From Octopus bimaculoides (taxonomy: Eukaryota): a stretch of 64,000 bases of DNA. Positions 37,250-49,655 of this stretch are shown here, piece by piece. Position numbers and translations under genes: made by a program. Within the stretch, counting starts at the first letter, position 1. The number at the start of each line of letters is the position of its first letter. Below the pieces are notes generated by a model. It was given only the letters and a program-made list of their open reading frames with translations, made no database searches and had not been told where the DNA came from. The stretch lies in contig NC_068988.1 in the NCBI RefSeq assembly GCF_001194135.2, positions 51,346,297-51,410,296 on the forward strand. The letters are read 5' to 3'.

Positions 37250-37400
37250 NNNNNNNNNNNNNNNNNNNNNNNNNNNNNNNNNNNNNNNNNNNNNNNNNNN
37301 NNNNNNNNNNNNNNNNNNNNNNNNNNNNNNNNNNNNNNNNNNNNNNNNNAACCACCATACCACGCAACACCACATCACACCACCTCGCACACAATAGCAC

Positions 37401-37753
37401 TGACCACTTACCTGCACCCACACCATCATCCACACGCACACTCAAGGTCACCAGCCCTCTTACACATACATGCTCTCTTCACACACACGCATGCCTTCGT
37501 TCTGGGATCACACTACTGTATTATCTCCCCTTCCTAGCTCTCCTGTGTGACCCCTCTGTCCAGCATTCACCATGACAGATCGCTAGCCACTACACACTCT
37601 TTATTTTCTCTCCATTTCTTTCTGTGTTCTTTTCTGTGGAAGAGCATAGGATCGAAACGTTAAAGACATTTTCACTTCCCGAGCATTAAACTAATACATC
37701 TGTTTATTGTCTACACCACCTGTCTTTGCCTTTTGTTTTTTTGTGAAGTCTTC

Positions 37754-37756
<3 letters not shown>
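37401..37756 (+). mobile_element. Penelope-like non-autonomous repeat (family H) with hammerhead-like motif at 37628-37666
   Basis: Reverse complement aligns over ~300 bp with 40436-40753. Motif TCTTTT-CTGTGGA-A-GAGC-atag-GATC-GAAAC-GTT-AAAGA. Confidence 0.6.
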
Positions 37757-37794
<38 letters not shown>

Positions 37795-37859
37795 CATATA
37801 TATATATATATACACACATAGTGAACATATATATGCATAGAGAACATTCTAAGAATCGA

Positions 37860-40035
37860 TTGAAATGCGCCAAATCTCTGGTTCTGAATGTTCTCAGGAT
37901 CCAGCCAGCCAGTCGTCTGCATTTTGTCACCATCCTGGTAATGTGCACTGGGAAAGAAGTATTACTTTTGGATACTGGTAGCACAGGGCTTGGAATTTTT
38001 CAGTATTTAACTGCATATTATTATCCTCAGCCTGTCTGTAAATTAAGTCCAACTCCTGCTGCAGATGTGCAACATCACTGAGGTTCTATTTGTGTTTTCA
38101 TAGAGGTGGCTCCATTAGCCACTACTGCCTGACTTTTATCTTTCAGAAAGTCATGTAACCACTCTCCAAGTTTTCCAGCTATGCCGTGATCACGCAGTTT
38201 ATGGCATATCATACCATGATCCACTTTGTCAAAAGCTTTTGCTAAATCAAGGTATATTACATCCACATTTGAGTTGTTGAGTAACTGCCTCAACACCCAG
38301 TAATAATGTTGTAAGAGCTAATCAGGCTGGAAGAAGTAGAAGGAGCAAGAACGAAAGACAAGGAAGAGTTCCCGTTCCTTCCGCCACTTTCCCTGCGAGC
38401 GCCCTTTCCTGCAACTCCCGACTCCAGCAGCTGAGTTTGTGTCAACCTCATCTGTGGCCAGTGTTACAACTTCTTCAATCTTTATGTACTCAATTTTGCC
38501 TCTTTGGTTACAGGTAAAGTGGCAAAGTATCTTGTGTCCCCGAGGTGTAGTGAACAGAATTTGGAACTGTTTGTTCAGTATTTCTCTTATCCTCATGGGG
38601 TTTCCTGTGAGGGAGCCATCTCTTTGGAAGAAGGTTCATATCTTGTGGTGTAATGAGGCTGTTTCTTTGGCAAACTTAAAGAAAGCTTCACAGTTCAACT
38701 TGATATTTTCTATAATCCAAGCTTCTTTATCTGCTCTCTCATTTCCATAAGACTGATGCAGACTTTTCTCAATCTCCAATAGCACTCTCTCCAGGTGAGA
38801 TTTCTTGCCACTTTTAGGGTACTTTTTCAGGTGGTTCGCAATCTTTGTCTATTGTCTCATAAAAATCTTCCTTTCCCTAGGGATCCTATTTTTGTGTATG
38901 TTGGCCTTGCACAATGGGACAGATTTGTCACATATGGCTTGTATTATGGACATGAAATGTTTGTGTTTCATGTCAATGTCTGGTGTGGAGAGATATTTAG
39001 GCCAATCCTGTTTGAGGATTGATTTCTCAATCAGCTTCCAATTTGCTTTGTGAAAATTTAGCTTGAAGAGATTTTGGGTGCTTCATATAGGCTGTATGTC
39101 TGCAGGAGCTTTTGGTCCATACATAGACAGCTCTATTATATTGTGGTCCGAGGTCAGTGTCAGTGTTACTTTAACATTATGGATAATATCCATATTGTTT
39201 GTGAAGCAGAGATCTAGTATATTATTTGCCCTGGCTGGTTGCAGCACGATTTGCTCCATGAAAGAAGTATTGGTAAAGTGGAGCAGGGACTCCACCTGTG
39301 CTTACTGGTGGTGTGTCATTCCTGGTGGTGTGTCATTCCAGGATCTCGCATTGGGGAAGTTGAAGTCACCCAAAAGGAATACACTGATGTGTCGTTCCAG
39401 TTTGGTGATAACTTCTCCTACCTTTGCTAGGCAGTCTTCACACTTGCCTGTATGACTTGGAGCATCCGGTGGGCGATATGTAGTACGTATAACAATATTA
39501 AGTTGTCTTATGTGTACAATTTAAGTGTCATACATCAGATTTGATTATGACAACAGGACCTGAGGTATGAGGTCCTCTTGGATGTATACAGCAACTCCAC
39601 CATGGCTCCTCTCTTTTCTATCTGAGCATATGACAGCATATTGTGGTATGTGTACTTTTGTATCCCCTATATCAGGTCTAAGATGCGTTTCTACAAGTGC
39701 CATGCATAAAGCTTGATTGCATGTCACAAGGTCTCTCAGGATTGAGATTTTTGTTTTACAGTTGCCATGCAACAGCCCTCTTATATTCAGAAGAAATATT
39801 TTTGTGAAGTGTGTGTTGGTGTTAGTGGTGGCCATCCTGTCTCTATTGTTGGTGGTTGCCTTGTGTGGTGGTGTGTGTAGTTCTGGGTTTGTAATTGAAG
39901 CCAGGTCAGCTGCTGGACAATCTTTTGTGTCATGCACAAAAAAGATTCCTGTTCAGCTGCTACCTTTTTCACATCTGGGTGAAGCTGGCTGTTTGTTGGG
40001 CCATGCACTACATCCACATATCGTCTTTCGGGAGT
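37860..40035 (-). mobile_element. Degenerate CR1/L2-group LINE: APE endonuclease plus partial RT, with stops, frameshifts and internal deletions; antisense in the RNF220 intron
   Basis: Endonuclease motifs LNIRGL, LVETHL, GGVAVYI, YRPPDA (39461-39478), GDFN (39359-39370), ILDLCFTNN and SDHN. RT motifs DEVDTNSAAG and VDVIYLDLAKAFDKVDHG. C-terminal KCRRLAGWILRTFRTRD. The YADD-containing segment is deleted. Confidence 0.9.
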
Positions 40036-40149
40036 ACATGCCTATATATATATATGCATGTGTAAAAATTTATATACATGCATATATGTATGTATATATG
40101 TATCTGTATGTATACATTCACATATGTTCATGTATATATATATGTTTAT

Positions 40150-40330
40150 GGTTAAAAATGAGACAAAGGAGAGAGACGGGTGAGTGAACAACAGACAGGG
40201 AGTATTAGTTTGATGCTCAGGAAAAAATGTAGGAAGTCTTTGACATTTTGAACCAGTGCTCTTTCTATAGGAAGGGATAAGGGGGAAAGTAGGAAAATAG
40301 ATGGATACAAGAAAAAATTGTTGAGGAAAA
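40150..40330 (-). mobile_element. Diverged family H-related copy; motif remnant at 40236-40272
   Basis: Minus strand CTATAGA-AAGAGC-actg-GTTC-AAAAT-GTC-AAAGAC, followed by the family's downstream tract (aaactaatac...ctgttgttcac). Confidence 0.45.
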
Positions 40331-40435
40331 AGAAACATGTCTGGATTAACAGTTGTACTTGTATGTGTGGGTACATATATATGTATGCATGTGTGGCTCA
40401 TTGGTCAGAACATCGGGTTACAATCATGAGGTAGT

Positions 40436-40753
40436 GAGAATTTACAAGAAAATAAAAGACAAAGACGGGTATGTAAACAACAAACAGATGTGTTAGTTTA
40501 TCACTCGGGAAGTGAGAAAGTCTTTTATGTTTCAAGCCTACGCTCTTCAACAGAAAACGGTGAATGCTGGAGAAAGGGGTCACACAGGAGAGCTACGAAG
40601 AAGGGGAGATAATAAAGTAGTGTTGATCTCAAAATGAAAGTGCCCGTGTGTGTGTATGTGAGAGCGTTTATGTGCATGTGGAAGGGGGCTGTTGACTTTG
40701 ACATGTGCGTGTGTAGGTGTATGGATGATGGTGTAGGTGCTGAGAAGTGGTCA
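40436..40753 (-). mobile_element. Family H copy, inverted relative to 37401-37756; hammerhead-like motif at 40521-40557
   Basis: Minus strand motif TTTT-CTGTTGA-A-GAGC-gtag-GCTT-GAAAC-ATA-AAAGA. It lacks ~65 bp present in the left copy and abuts a truncated tRNA-like SINE head at 40390-40435. Confidence 0.6.
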
Positions 40754-40763
40754 TATGTATATG

Positions 40764-40795
<32 letters not shown>

Positions 40796-40798
<3 letters not shown>

Positions 40799-41053
40799 TC
40801 CTGGCACGTGGAAAGACATTTGAGCGTGGCCGTTGCCAGTACCGCCTGACTGGCCTTCGTGCCGGTGGCACGTAAAAGCACCCACTACACTCTCGGAGTG
40901 GTTGGCGTTAGGAAGGGCATCCAGCTGTAGAAACTCTGCCAAATCAGATTGGAGCCTGGTGTAGCCACCTGGTTTCACTAGTCCTCAGTCAAATCGTCCA
41001 ACCCATGCTAGCATGGAAAGCGGACGTTAAACGATGATGATGATGATGATGAT
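40796..41053 (+). mobile_element. RTE-tail-type repeat (family D) ending in (GAT)n
   Basis: ggcgttaggaagggcatccagctgtagaaac...aacccatgctagcatggaaagcggacgttaaac(gat)n; resembles RTE-clade 3' UTRs. Confidence 0.8.
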
Positions 41054-41203
41054 ACTTGGATGTTAAACTGAAAATTTCCAGTCGTTGCCATATCTTTATT
41101 TATAAGTATGCATGTACTTATGTAGACATGTATATATATTCCGTATATTAGATCCGAGGAGTTTTATCTCTTCATTTGCATCATTGTTTCTCTCTTTCTC
41201 TTT

Positions 41204-41235
<32 letters not shown>

Positions 41236-41240
41236 ATGTG

Positions 41241-41276
<36 letters not shown>

Positions 41277-41277
<1 letters not shown>

Positions 41278-41425
41278 GTTAGGAAGGGCATCCAGCTGTA
41301 GAAACTCTGCCAAATTTAGATTGGAGCCTGGTGTTGCCATCCGGTTTCACCAATCCTCAGTCAAATCGTCCAACCCATGCTAGCATGGAAAGCGGACGTT
41401 AAACGATGATGATGATGATGATGAT
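41277..41425 (+). mobile_element. Family D 3' fragment
   Basis: Same block plus (GAT)n. Confidence 0.8.
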
Positions 41426-41810
41426 ATACACACATGCATGCATGGAAGGTGTGGAACAAAGTAGTGAGTTAAGATCTTCAGATGATGGGCCTGACTGGGC
41501 AGACGACAGGGCACCAAGAGTCCTAGCAGTTTGCTGTGCTTGGGAAGACGTTAAGCTAAGTAAAATTGAAGTTGCTCTTGCATACAGGCATGTCCTCTGC
41601 ATCACTCTTCAGTTGAGCATTCCTAATCTTGTGGGCTCTAGTGCCACATAGAAATCACCCATACCGGTATCATGTAAAAGCACGCAGGACACTCTGTAAT
41701 GTGGTCGGCATTAGGAAGGGCGTTTTCATCTGGCCAGTTACCTCATGCCAGCATGGAAAACAGACATTAAATGATGATGATGATAACATACACACACACA
41801 TCACACACAC

Positions 41811-41900
41811 ATCATCATCATCATCGTTTAACGTCCGCTTTCCATGCTGGCATGGGTTGGACGATTTGACTGAGGACTGGTGAAACCGGATGGCAACACC
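41811..41900 (-). mobile_element. Family D 3' fragment, inverted
   Basis: (CAT)n-cgtttaacgtccgctttccatgctggcatgggttggacg. Confidence 0.8.
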
Positions 41901-42704
41901 CACACATATATACACACACGCACATATATGCACACATCACACACACATACATGCATACATAGGTCAGGCAGCTCTTATTGAAATAATTTCCTATTGGAAG
42001 ATGCCCTTCATGTCACCAACCTCCGGCTATTTATATGTAACATGTTTTCACTTGGCCAGACATGTTCTGACAGAATATTAAAAATGAATAACTCTTACTA
42101 TGTATCTATGACAATCATCTTTCAACTGTCATGTTATGTGAAAAGGAGACATCTTTCTACTTCTTTCGTCTTCCCACTTTACTCTTCCCTTTTCTTTTTA
42201 TAAATACTTATTCTATAAATAATAGTTCTATATTTTTATGATATTCCAACTATTATTTGACCCAGTATTTTGCTTGATTTTCTGGGATGCATGTAGTTTT
42301 TTTCCTTTAACCTGACAGCCTCCTTTCCTTCATTGTCCCCTTCACATATGTTGCTGTCTCTTCTTTCTTTCATTCCTTCCTTTATTCCCACCCTCCTTTT
42401 CTTTCTTTGATGTTCTGTTTGGCCTGCCCATTAATTGATGAATTAATGGCTCATTAAGAATAATTGTAGTGGTTACTGGAATCTGAAACCTTTCCTGCCT
42501 TCTCAGATTGTTTATTATAAACTAGGTACTTTGACCTGGCTGCACTAAGGACCTTGGTGTCACAATAGATCTTATGTTGGAGTTTATGCCACTTTCTGTT
42601 TCTTCAGTTCCTTTATTTTTTGCACTTCCTCTATTGGCATGTGAACCTGATTGTTGCCTCTTTGTTAATTTTATTTGATGAAATATGAGGACTTCATTTC
42701 TTTC

Positions 42705-42723
42705 CTCCTCCTCCTCCTCTCTC

Positions 42724-42777
<54 letters not shown>
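42705..42777. repeat. (CCT)/(CT)n tract; another (CT)n at 41190-41235
   Basis: Direct. Confidence 0.95.
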
Positions 42778-42779
<2 letters not shown>

Positions 42780-43306
42780 TCTTTTGTGTCTTTCTTTTGT
42801 CTTTGATTTCATCTTAAAAATCTCATCATGATAAATAAATTTGTATCTTGAGAGGGTCAATAATAAACAAATGCACTGGTTCAGTTTCTCTTAATTTTTT
42901 GTTGATTGATTAGCTATTTAATCAACTAACTAATCAATTATTTTATTAATCATTTTGGCTACCCAATCAATCAGTTGTTTTTGCCAGAGTCCTTTGATCA
43001 CCATTTGTAACCTCTTCAGTGACATACTCTTTCTACTTAAGATTAGTTTGCAAGTCTCAGATATGATTTATCAAACAATTTATTTGTTGGTTGAATTAAC
43101 AAATACTAAGGAAGTGAAATTGAACCAGTGTATGTGTATTATTGGCATAATGACTTTCCCAGGGTACAACAAAATCTGTTTCAACATATGGGTTTACATC
43201 AAGAATCTTGCAAACCTAATACAAAACCAATGTATGATAAACGGAGTGAGTCTGTACTACTATCTCTGGCATTTTAGCCAGTAATATTAATAGTGATTTC
43301 AAATCT

Positions 43307-43491
43307 AGGTGCAGGCATGGCTGGCTATGTGGTAAGAAGTTTGCTTTCCAACCACATGGATCTAGGTTCAGTCCCATTGCGTGGCACCTTGGGCAAGTGT
43401 CCTCTAGTATAGCTTTGGGTTGATCAAGGTCTTGTGAGTGGGTTTGGTAGATGGAAACTGAAAAAATATCTGTATGTATATATATATATAT
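43307..43491 (+). mobile_element. SINE family A head, running into an assembly gap
   Basis: gtggtaagaagtttgctttccaaccacatgg...ggttcagtccc...ggcaccttgggcaagtg. Confidence 0.85.
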
Positions 43492-45237
43492 NNNNNNNNN
43501 NNNNNNNNNNNNNNNNNNNNNNNNNNNNNNNNNNNNNNNNNNNNNNNNNNNNNNNNNNNNNNNNNNNNNNNNNNNNNNNNNNNNNNNNNNNNNNNNNNNN
43601 NNNNNNNNNNNNNNNNNNNNNNNNNNNNNNNNNNNNNNNNNNNNNNNNNNNNNNNNNNNNNNNNNNNNNNNNNNNNNNNNNNNNNNNNNNNNNNNNNNNN
43701 NNNNNNNNNNNNNNNNNNNNNNNNNNNNNNNNNNNNNNNNNNNNNNNNNNNNNNNNNNNNNNNNNNNNNNNNNNNNNNNNNNNNNNNNNNNNNNNNNNNN
43801 NNNNNNNNNNNNNNNNNNNNNNNNNNNNNNNNNNNNNNNNNNNNNNNNNNNNNNNNNNNNNNNNNNNNNNNNNNNNNNNNNNNNNNNNNNNNNNNNNNNN
43901 NNNNNNNNNNNNNNNNNNNNNNNNNNNNNNNNNNNNNNNNNNNNNNNNNNNNNNNNNNNNNNNNNNNNNNNNNNNNNNNNNNNNNNNNNNNNNNNNNNNN
44001 NNNNNNNNNNNNNNNNNNNNNNNNNNNNNNNNNNNNNNNNNNNNNNNNNNNNNNNNNNNNNNNNNNNNNNNNNNNNNNNNNNNNNNNNNNNNNNNNNNNN
44101 NNNNNNNNNNNNNNNNNNNNNNNNNNNNNNNNNNNNNNNNNNNNNNNNNNNNNNNNNNNNNNNNNNNNNNNNNNNNNNNNNNNNNNNNNNNNNNNNNNNN
44201 NNNNNNNNNNNNNNNNNNNNNNNNNNNNNNNNNNNNNNNNNNNNNNNNNNNNNNNNNNNNNNNNNNNNNNNNNNNNNNNNNNNNNNNNNNNNNNNNNNNN
44301 NNNNNNNNNNNNNNNNNNNNNNNNNNNNNNNNNNNNNNNNNNNNNNNNNNNNNNNNNNNNNNATACATGTATATGAACTGTGGAACTAACTTGGGCTTAG
44401 AATATTAACTAACTATACAGAATATTTTTTCTTTTGAAATCATCTCTCTCTAGAAAATGCAAAAATGTATTAATTAAAAATCTGAAATAAATTTCTTCAT
44501 TAAATCTTCATTAATAATCTTTTTTTTGTTTTATATGGTTTTGAACCATATTTCTTTGATGTTATTCATTTTTTACAAAATTATTGGTTAATTGAGTGAA
44601 GCAGCTTTGAAGAATTTCTTAATTCAATTAATAATAGATTACTTATAGTTTAATATGTGTCACAGCAAACCTTGAATTTCTTATAGATCTTATAAGATTT
44701 CTTATCTTTTCTGTTCTTAACAATAATACCCTTGTCTATTATCACACCTAATTAACACACTTGATGTACACGTTCTGTGTATAAAATGTGTAATTAACAA
44801 ATTTGAACCTTGAAGCAATTGTTTTGTATTTTTTTAAAGACTCAGTTAATATATTCCTCCCACTTGATGGTAGAATATGATACATTTAAAATTGACTCTT
44901 CTCTATCATTAAAGCTAGAACATTCTTATATATATATCAAGTATTTTTATATAACACTGTACCAGTTAAATACCAAATGGAAAAACATATATTTACTTAA
45001 TATTGATTTGAGCTAATGAGAGAACTAGATACAAATAACAACCAAATCTTCCTTGAACCTCAGCAGCACAATGGATAATGTAGTCTGGAATAGACTATTG
45101 TTGAAAAATATCTGGATGATCATAGTTTGAATGCATTTCATCATCACTCTACGCAATCAAGGCTGGCTTGGGAATAAACAGCTAATAGAAATATCTTTCT
45201 ATGGTTTTAGATCTTGTCTAGTGCATTTATGTATACA

Positions 45238-45396
45238 TGAGTGGTTGGCGTTAGGAAGGGCATCCAGCTGTAGAAACTCTGCCAAATCAGACTGGAGCCT
45301 GGTGTTGCCATCCGGTTTCACCAGTCCTCAGTCAAATCGTCCAACCCATGCTAGCATGGAAAGCGGACGTTAAACGATGATGATGATGATGATGAT
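45238..45396 (+). mobile_element. Family D 3' fragment
   Basis: Same block plus (GAT)n. Confidence 0.8.
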
Positions 45397-45999
45397 GGAA
45401 CATTTTAGCAAAATCCCTGTAATTAAACAATTTGATTACCTCTGTTTGTTATACAAATGATATTTTTTAAGCTTACTTCAACAGATGTTTGTTAGATATC
45501 TTTTATTTTGGTAATGAGCAAACACACACACATACACATACACTGCTTGATAGACATATCAGTAGCGTTGCTTTCATACAGTGATTCACTATTAAAAAAA
45601 AACAAACATTGGGTAGGATATTTTCATACATATTAAGTCATTTCTCAGGATCACCATCATTGTTATTGCTGCTATTACTACTGTAAAAAAGAAAAACATT
45701 TGTTCTATTATTCTTCTAATACAGCCCCATTATATTTACTGTAAAAGCACTCCCCATTTTTTTCTTCTGTTTGTTTCTTGGCTTGATACCATCACATGAC
45801 CCTTGGTACTTTTAGCTGAGTTTGATTTGTTGCAAGCATTTAGTCCATACCTCCAACAGAAGGTTACCATAACCTTTGCATGTATCTCAGCACTACTTTT
45901 TCCTGGAATGCCAAAAATCACAAGTAATCTTCTGGATAATTTTCCTTCCCCTTTTCCAATAACCATGGTCTTCATTTAACCTAGTTCCTACTTGTCATC

Positions 46000-46540
46000 T
46001 GTTCACATGCAGACCACATATTCTATTTCTTTCTGAGACACAAATCTCTCAGCCTCTGTTTCCAATCCATTTCTGTTGTCTAAGCTACACCTTTTTTTTC
46101 TTTCTTCACACCTAAAGGTAGTGTTTCCTCTTTCTCCATTCTCACTACCTTTCATCTCCCTCACCTGGATATAGCCAATAATGTCTTCCCATCCTCTACC
46201 ATTCTCTTAATTCTTTGAACCAGCGGCATCGCTTCAGTTGAACCTTCTCTTGCCTTGATGATATATCCTACATTTCACTCCTCTCTGAAGTTAACATCCT
46301 CAGTGATTTTCAATGCTCATAATGAATGCCTCTCTCAGTCACCCTTCACCACTACTACCAGTGCAGAAACCAAATCTCTCCTCAACTAGCATCAGCTTAT
46401 CTCATCCCCTGTACACATCCCAGATCAAGATAGATATTCTAAACACCCTTGTTCTCTTTCTCACCTCTAACCTCAACCAAACTGTAACTGTCTCCTTATC
46501 CATTAGGTCATCCAACTGTTGCCTCACTGCATACCCAATG
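46000..46540 (+). mobile_element. Decayed non-LTR (CR1/Jockey-group) endonuclease remnant
   Basis: Broken-frame ILSDFNAHNE (GDFN-like), HIPDQD...LFLTSNL and SIRSSNCCL (SDH-like), in the expected order. Confidence 0.55.
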
Positions 46541-47673
46541 TCCATCAATGTACCACTCATCACTCCATTTCCAGCAAGTCAGTTGATTGATCAGAGCTCT
46601 GTAGTTTTTCCCAATTACCTCTGACAGCATATCTGCTTTAGTCCTGACCATCAGGAACAGCTTGGTGTGGAGCTATCCTTTTTGGCATGTTCTTCACATT
46701 TCACACAAATCAAAAGCTCATTATCCCATGTTATTCTCTCTTAGCTGTGTAATAGTAGTTCAGACAGAAACAAGGCTTATGATGCTTGTAAAAACTCACT
46801 CACCAAAACTGGGTGGCATGCACCTAGTAATGCAATACCTGTGAAACCACTATCCAAACTACAAAAGACAGATTTGTGCATGATTCAGTCAAGCTATCAG
46901 GCTTTCCAAACTGAGCCAATCATTTTGGGCCCTTACCAAAAGGATTTCCACCAGAATTTTCTTTCCCTCTTTGCAAAATGAGAGTTCTTTGAGCAACTGT
47001 TATCCACACAGTCTCCACCTTCTACCTGCTTTGCAGTCAACTCCACATTGCACAGTCTGCAATTCTGTCCTCTTCCACACATCTACCACTTGCATACATG
47101 TCCACTTGTACACACACACACACAAGTTGAAAATCCCTTTGGTTACTTTACTAGCCATGACAATATGATTACCATCAAACAAGAATTTCATTAGTTTGAA
47201 ATACAAAGTTTGGGGCAGGGAAATTACTCTTAAAATTATATTAAAGACTTAAATAACCTATGTTAAAAGGAATGAATGCTATTGATTAACCATACCCTAC
47301 AAAGGTTGCCTTTCATCAATAGAATATAATAGTTGTCAAGTACTGGACTTGATTAAATTGTTAACATGCTGCTATCAATATGTATGATCTATACCAAAGT
47401 TAGAAAATACTATTATCAAAATGGATTTCTCAGGTCTAAAAATCACCAAGCTAATTTAGCTATTTTCATCATCAGTGCAATATATTTTTGTTACCATGGT
47501 TTCTTTGATAGTGTTTACAATGCATTGAATTATGTAATTGTCTGGAATTCCTTTTGTTCATTTCATTTCAAAAAGGAGATTGATATAATAAATATACGTA
47601 AATCAGACCTTAATTCCATTAAGTTTCCCCATTTATTTTTCTATTTTTGGTTTACAGGAAAGAATTTTGTAGT

Positions 47674-47709
<36 letters not shown>

Positions 47710-48235
47710 CAGTTTGAAAGAAATCCTGTAATTAGGGGGGAAATGTGTAACACACTTTCAGCTGTTGAAATATATTTTTATTGGTTAGTTATTCAACATG
47801 AGAATGTAAAATACCTTCTTTATGTATGTGGGTTGAATGTACTGTTGTTATTTGTTAAATAACCCATTTTTATCAAATTGAGGAATATTATTCTATAGAC
47901 TTAGGCTTACATCCAGCAGGTAGCCTTTAACCTGTTTTCCATCCAAGAACTTTTTATCCAATATATTACATAGTTATTTATAGTTGCATCCACTTTCGAG
48001 ACTTGATTTATTTTGTAGATGTTTTTTTTTTTGTTTGTTTTTCACATTGTGTAACTGCTGCATTTTATAACAATTATTCTTGTGGAAGTCTTGGTTTGAT
48101 GGTAATTATATAATATTATATAAACATCTTGTATAATTTGATGGAAATAATAAATGCAATATTTGAAATAGTTAACCTGATTACAATAATATATTCCATC
48201 TATTAAATCTAAAGCAATTAGCAAATTTTTTTAGA

Positions 48236-48400
48236 TGCAGGCATGCCTCTGTGACTAAGAAGCTTGCTTTACAATGATGTGGTTTCAGGTGCAGTGTCAA
48301 TGCATGGCACCTTAGGCAACTATGTGAAAGCCTATAGTGTCTGTGTATGGTTTTGTGCTCTCATTCTACTGCTTGACAACCATGTCAGTTATACAGTGTC
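48236..48400 (+). mobile_element. Diverged SINE family A copy
   Basis: Degenerate head and CORE (ggcaccttaggcaac), plus gcttgacaacc. Confidence 0.55.
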
Positions 48401-48547
48401 ATTCATTTCTAATATTCTGTAAAAAACATGTCTATCCATGGGAAAATATTGGAAACTGGTGAGGGTTGGTGACAGGATGGGCATCAAGCCATAGAAAATG
48501 TACCTCAATAAATTCCATGGAAAAATTGAACCTTAAACACACGCGCA

Positions 48548-48642
<95 letters not shown>

Positions 48643-49182
48643 ACAGTATTTAAAACAAAATTCTGTAGGAACAAATATTACAGATGTTTCTTTTTAAATG
48701 TTTTGTAGCAGTCCTAAGTTGTATGAATCCTTTATTATTTTGTAATTTATTGATTCTTTATATTCAGGTATGACTAATTAATATTCTTAAAATATTGAAC
48801 AAATCTATTCACAAAAAAAGATATTGCAATAGTTTGCATGTTAAATTATTTTAATAAATTGCTGCAAATAGTTTTAATATGATATACAAATATGTGACAG
48901 AGGATTATGTGATTTATTAATATATAATATAGAATTCTGATTTATTACCATTTGATAAAGTAATATTGCAACAAAATACTCCTAAGAGATATATGTGTGT
49001 GTGTGGTGTCTATATTTGTATATTTAGTCTGTATTTGCTATGCGTGTGTGTATATGTGTAAATAATTCATTTCTTTGTTTAATGTCCAGTTTTCTATGCT
49101 AGCATGATTTGGATGAATACATATATGTTTCATCTTTTCTGTTTTTCTCTAACTTGGCTTCCTGAAGAGTATTATCAAAATA

Positions 49183-49655
49183 GCATGCACAGTGTGGTTA
49201 AAGAAGCTCGCTTTACAACCATGTGGTTTCAGGTTCAGTCCCACTGCACAGCGTCTTGGTTGTTGTCTACAGCCTTGTGAGTGGATTTGGTAGATAGAAA
49301 CTGTACAGAATTTCATTGTGTGTGTGTGAGGGGGTGCTTGTTCCCACCACTACCACTTGACAACTGGTGTTGGTTTGTTTATGACCCTGTAACTTAGCGA
49401 TTTGGCAAAAGAGGCTGGTAGAATAAGTAAAATACTTTAAAAGAAAAAAAATAACAAGTACTGGGGTTGATTTGTTTGACTAAACAAGGTATCTGCAGCC
49501 TTTTGTGAGAGGCAAGCCATATAAGACAAGCCTCATCATCAGGCATGCCATTCAGAATGTCCTGCTGGCTGCAGTTTACCCATGACTGGATTAAACCCTT
49601 AAAGATGGTGCCCCACTATGGCTACAGTCAGTGACTGAAATAAATAAAGATAAGA
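49183..49655 (+). mobile_element. SINE family A copy, CpG-decayed, hosting a hAT MITE
   Basis: Head, B box ggttcagtccc, body and gactgaaa tail. Confidence 0.8.
49486..49588 (-). mobile_element. Short Charlie-like hAT MITE nested in a family A SINE
   Basis: TSD GACTAAAC/GATTAAAC (49478-49485, 49589-49596). Terminus CAGTCATGGGTAAAC is shared with 55887-56031. Confidence 0.7.

Noticed and set aside
45736-45975. Minus-strand ORF with RT-tail-like YGLN...KGHVMVSS
   Set aside because: Similarity is too weak and short to call.
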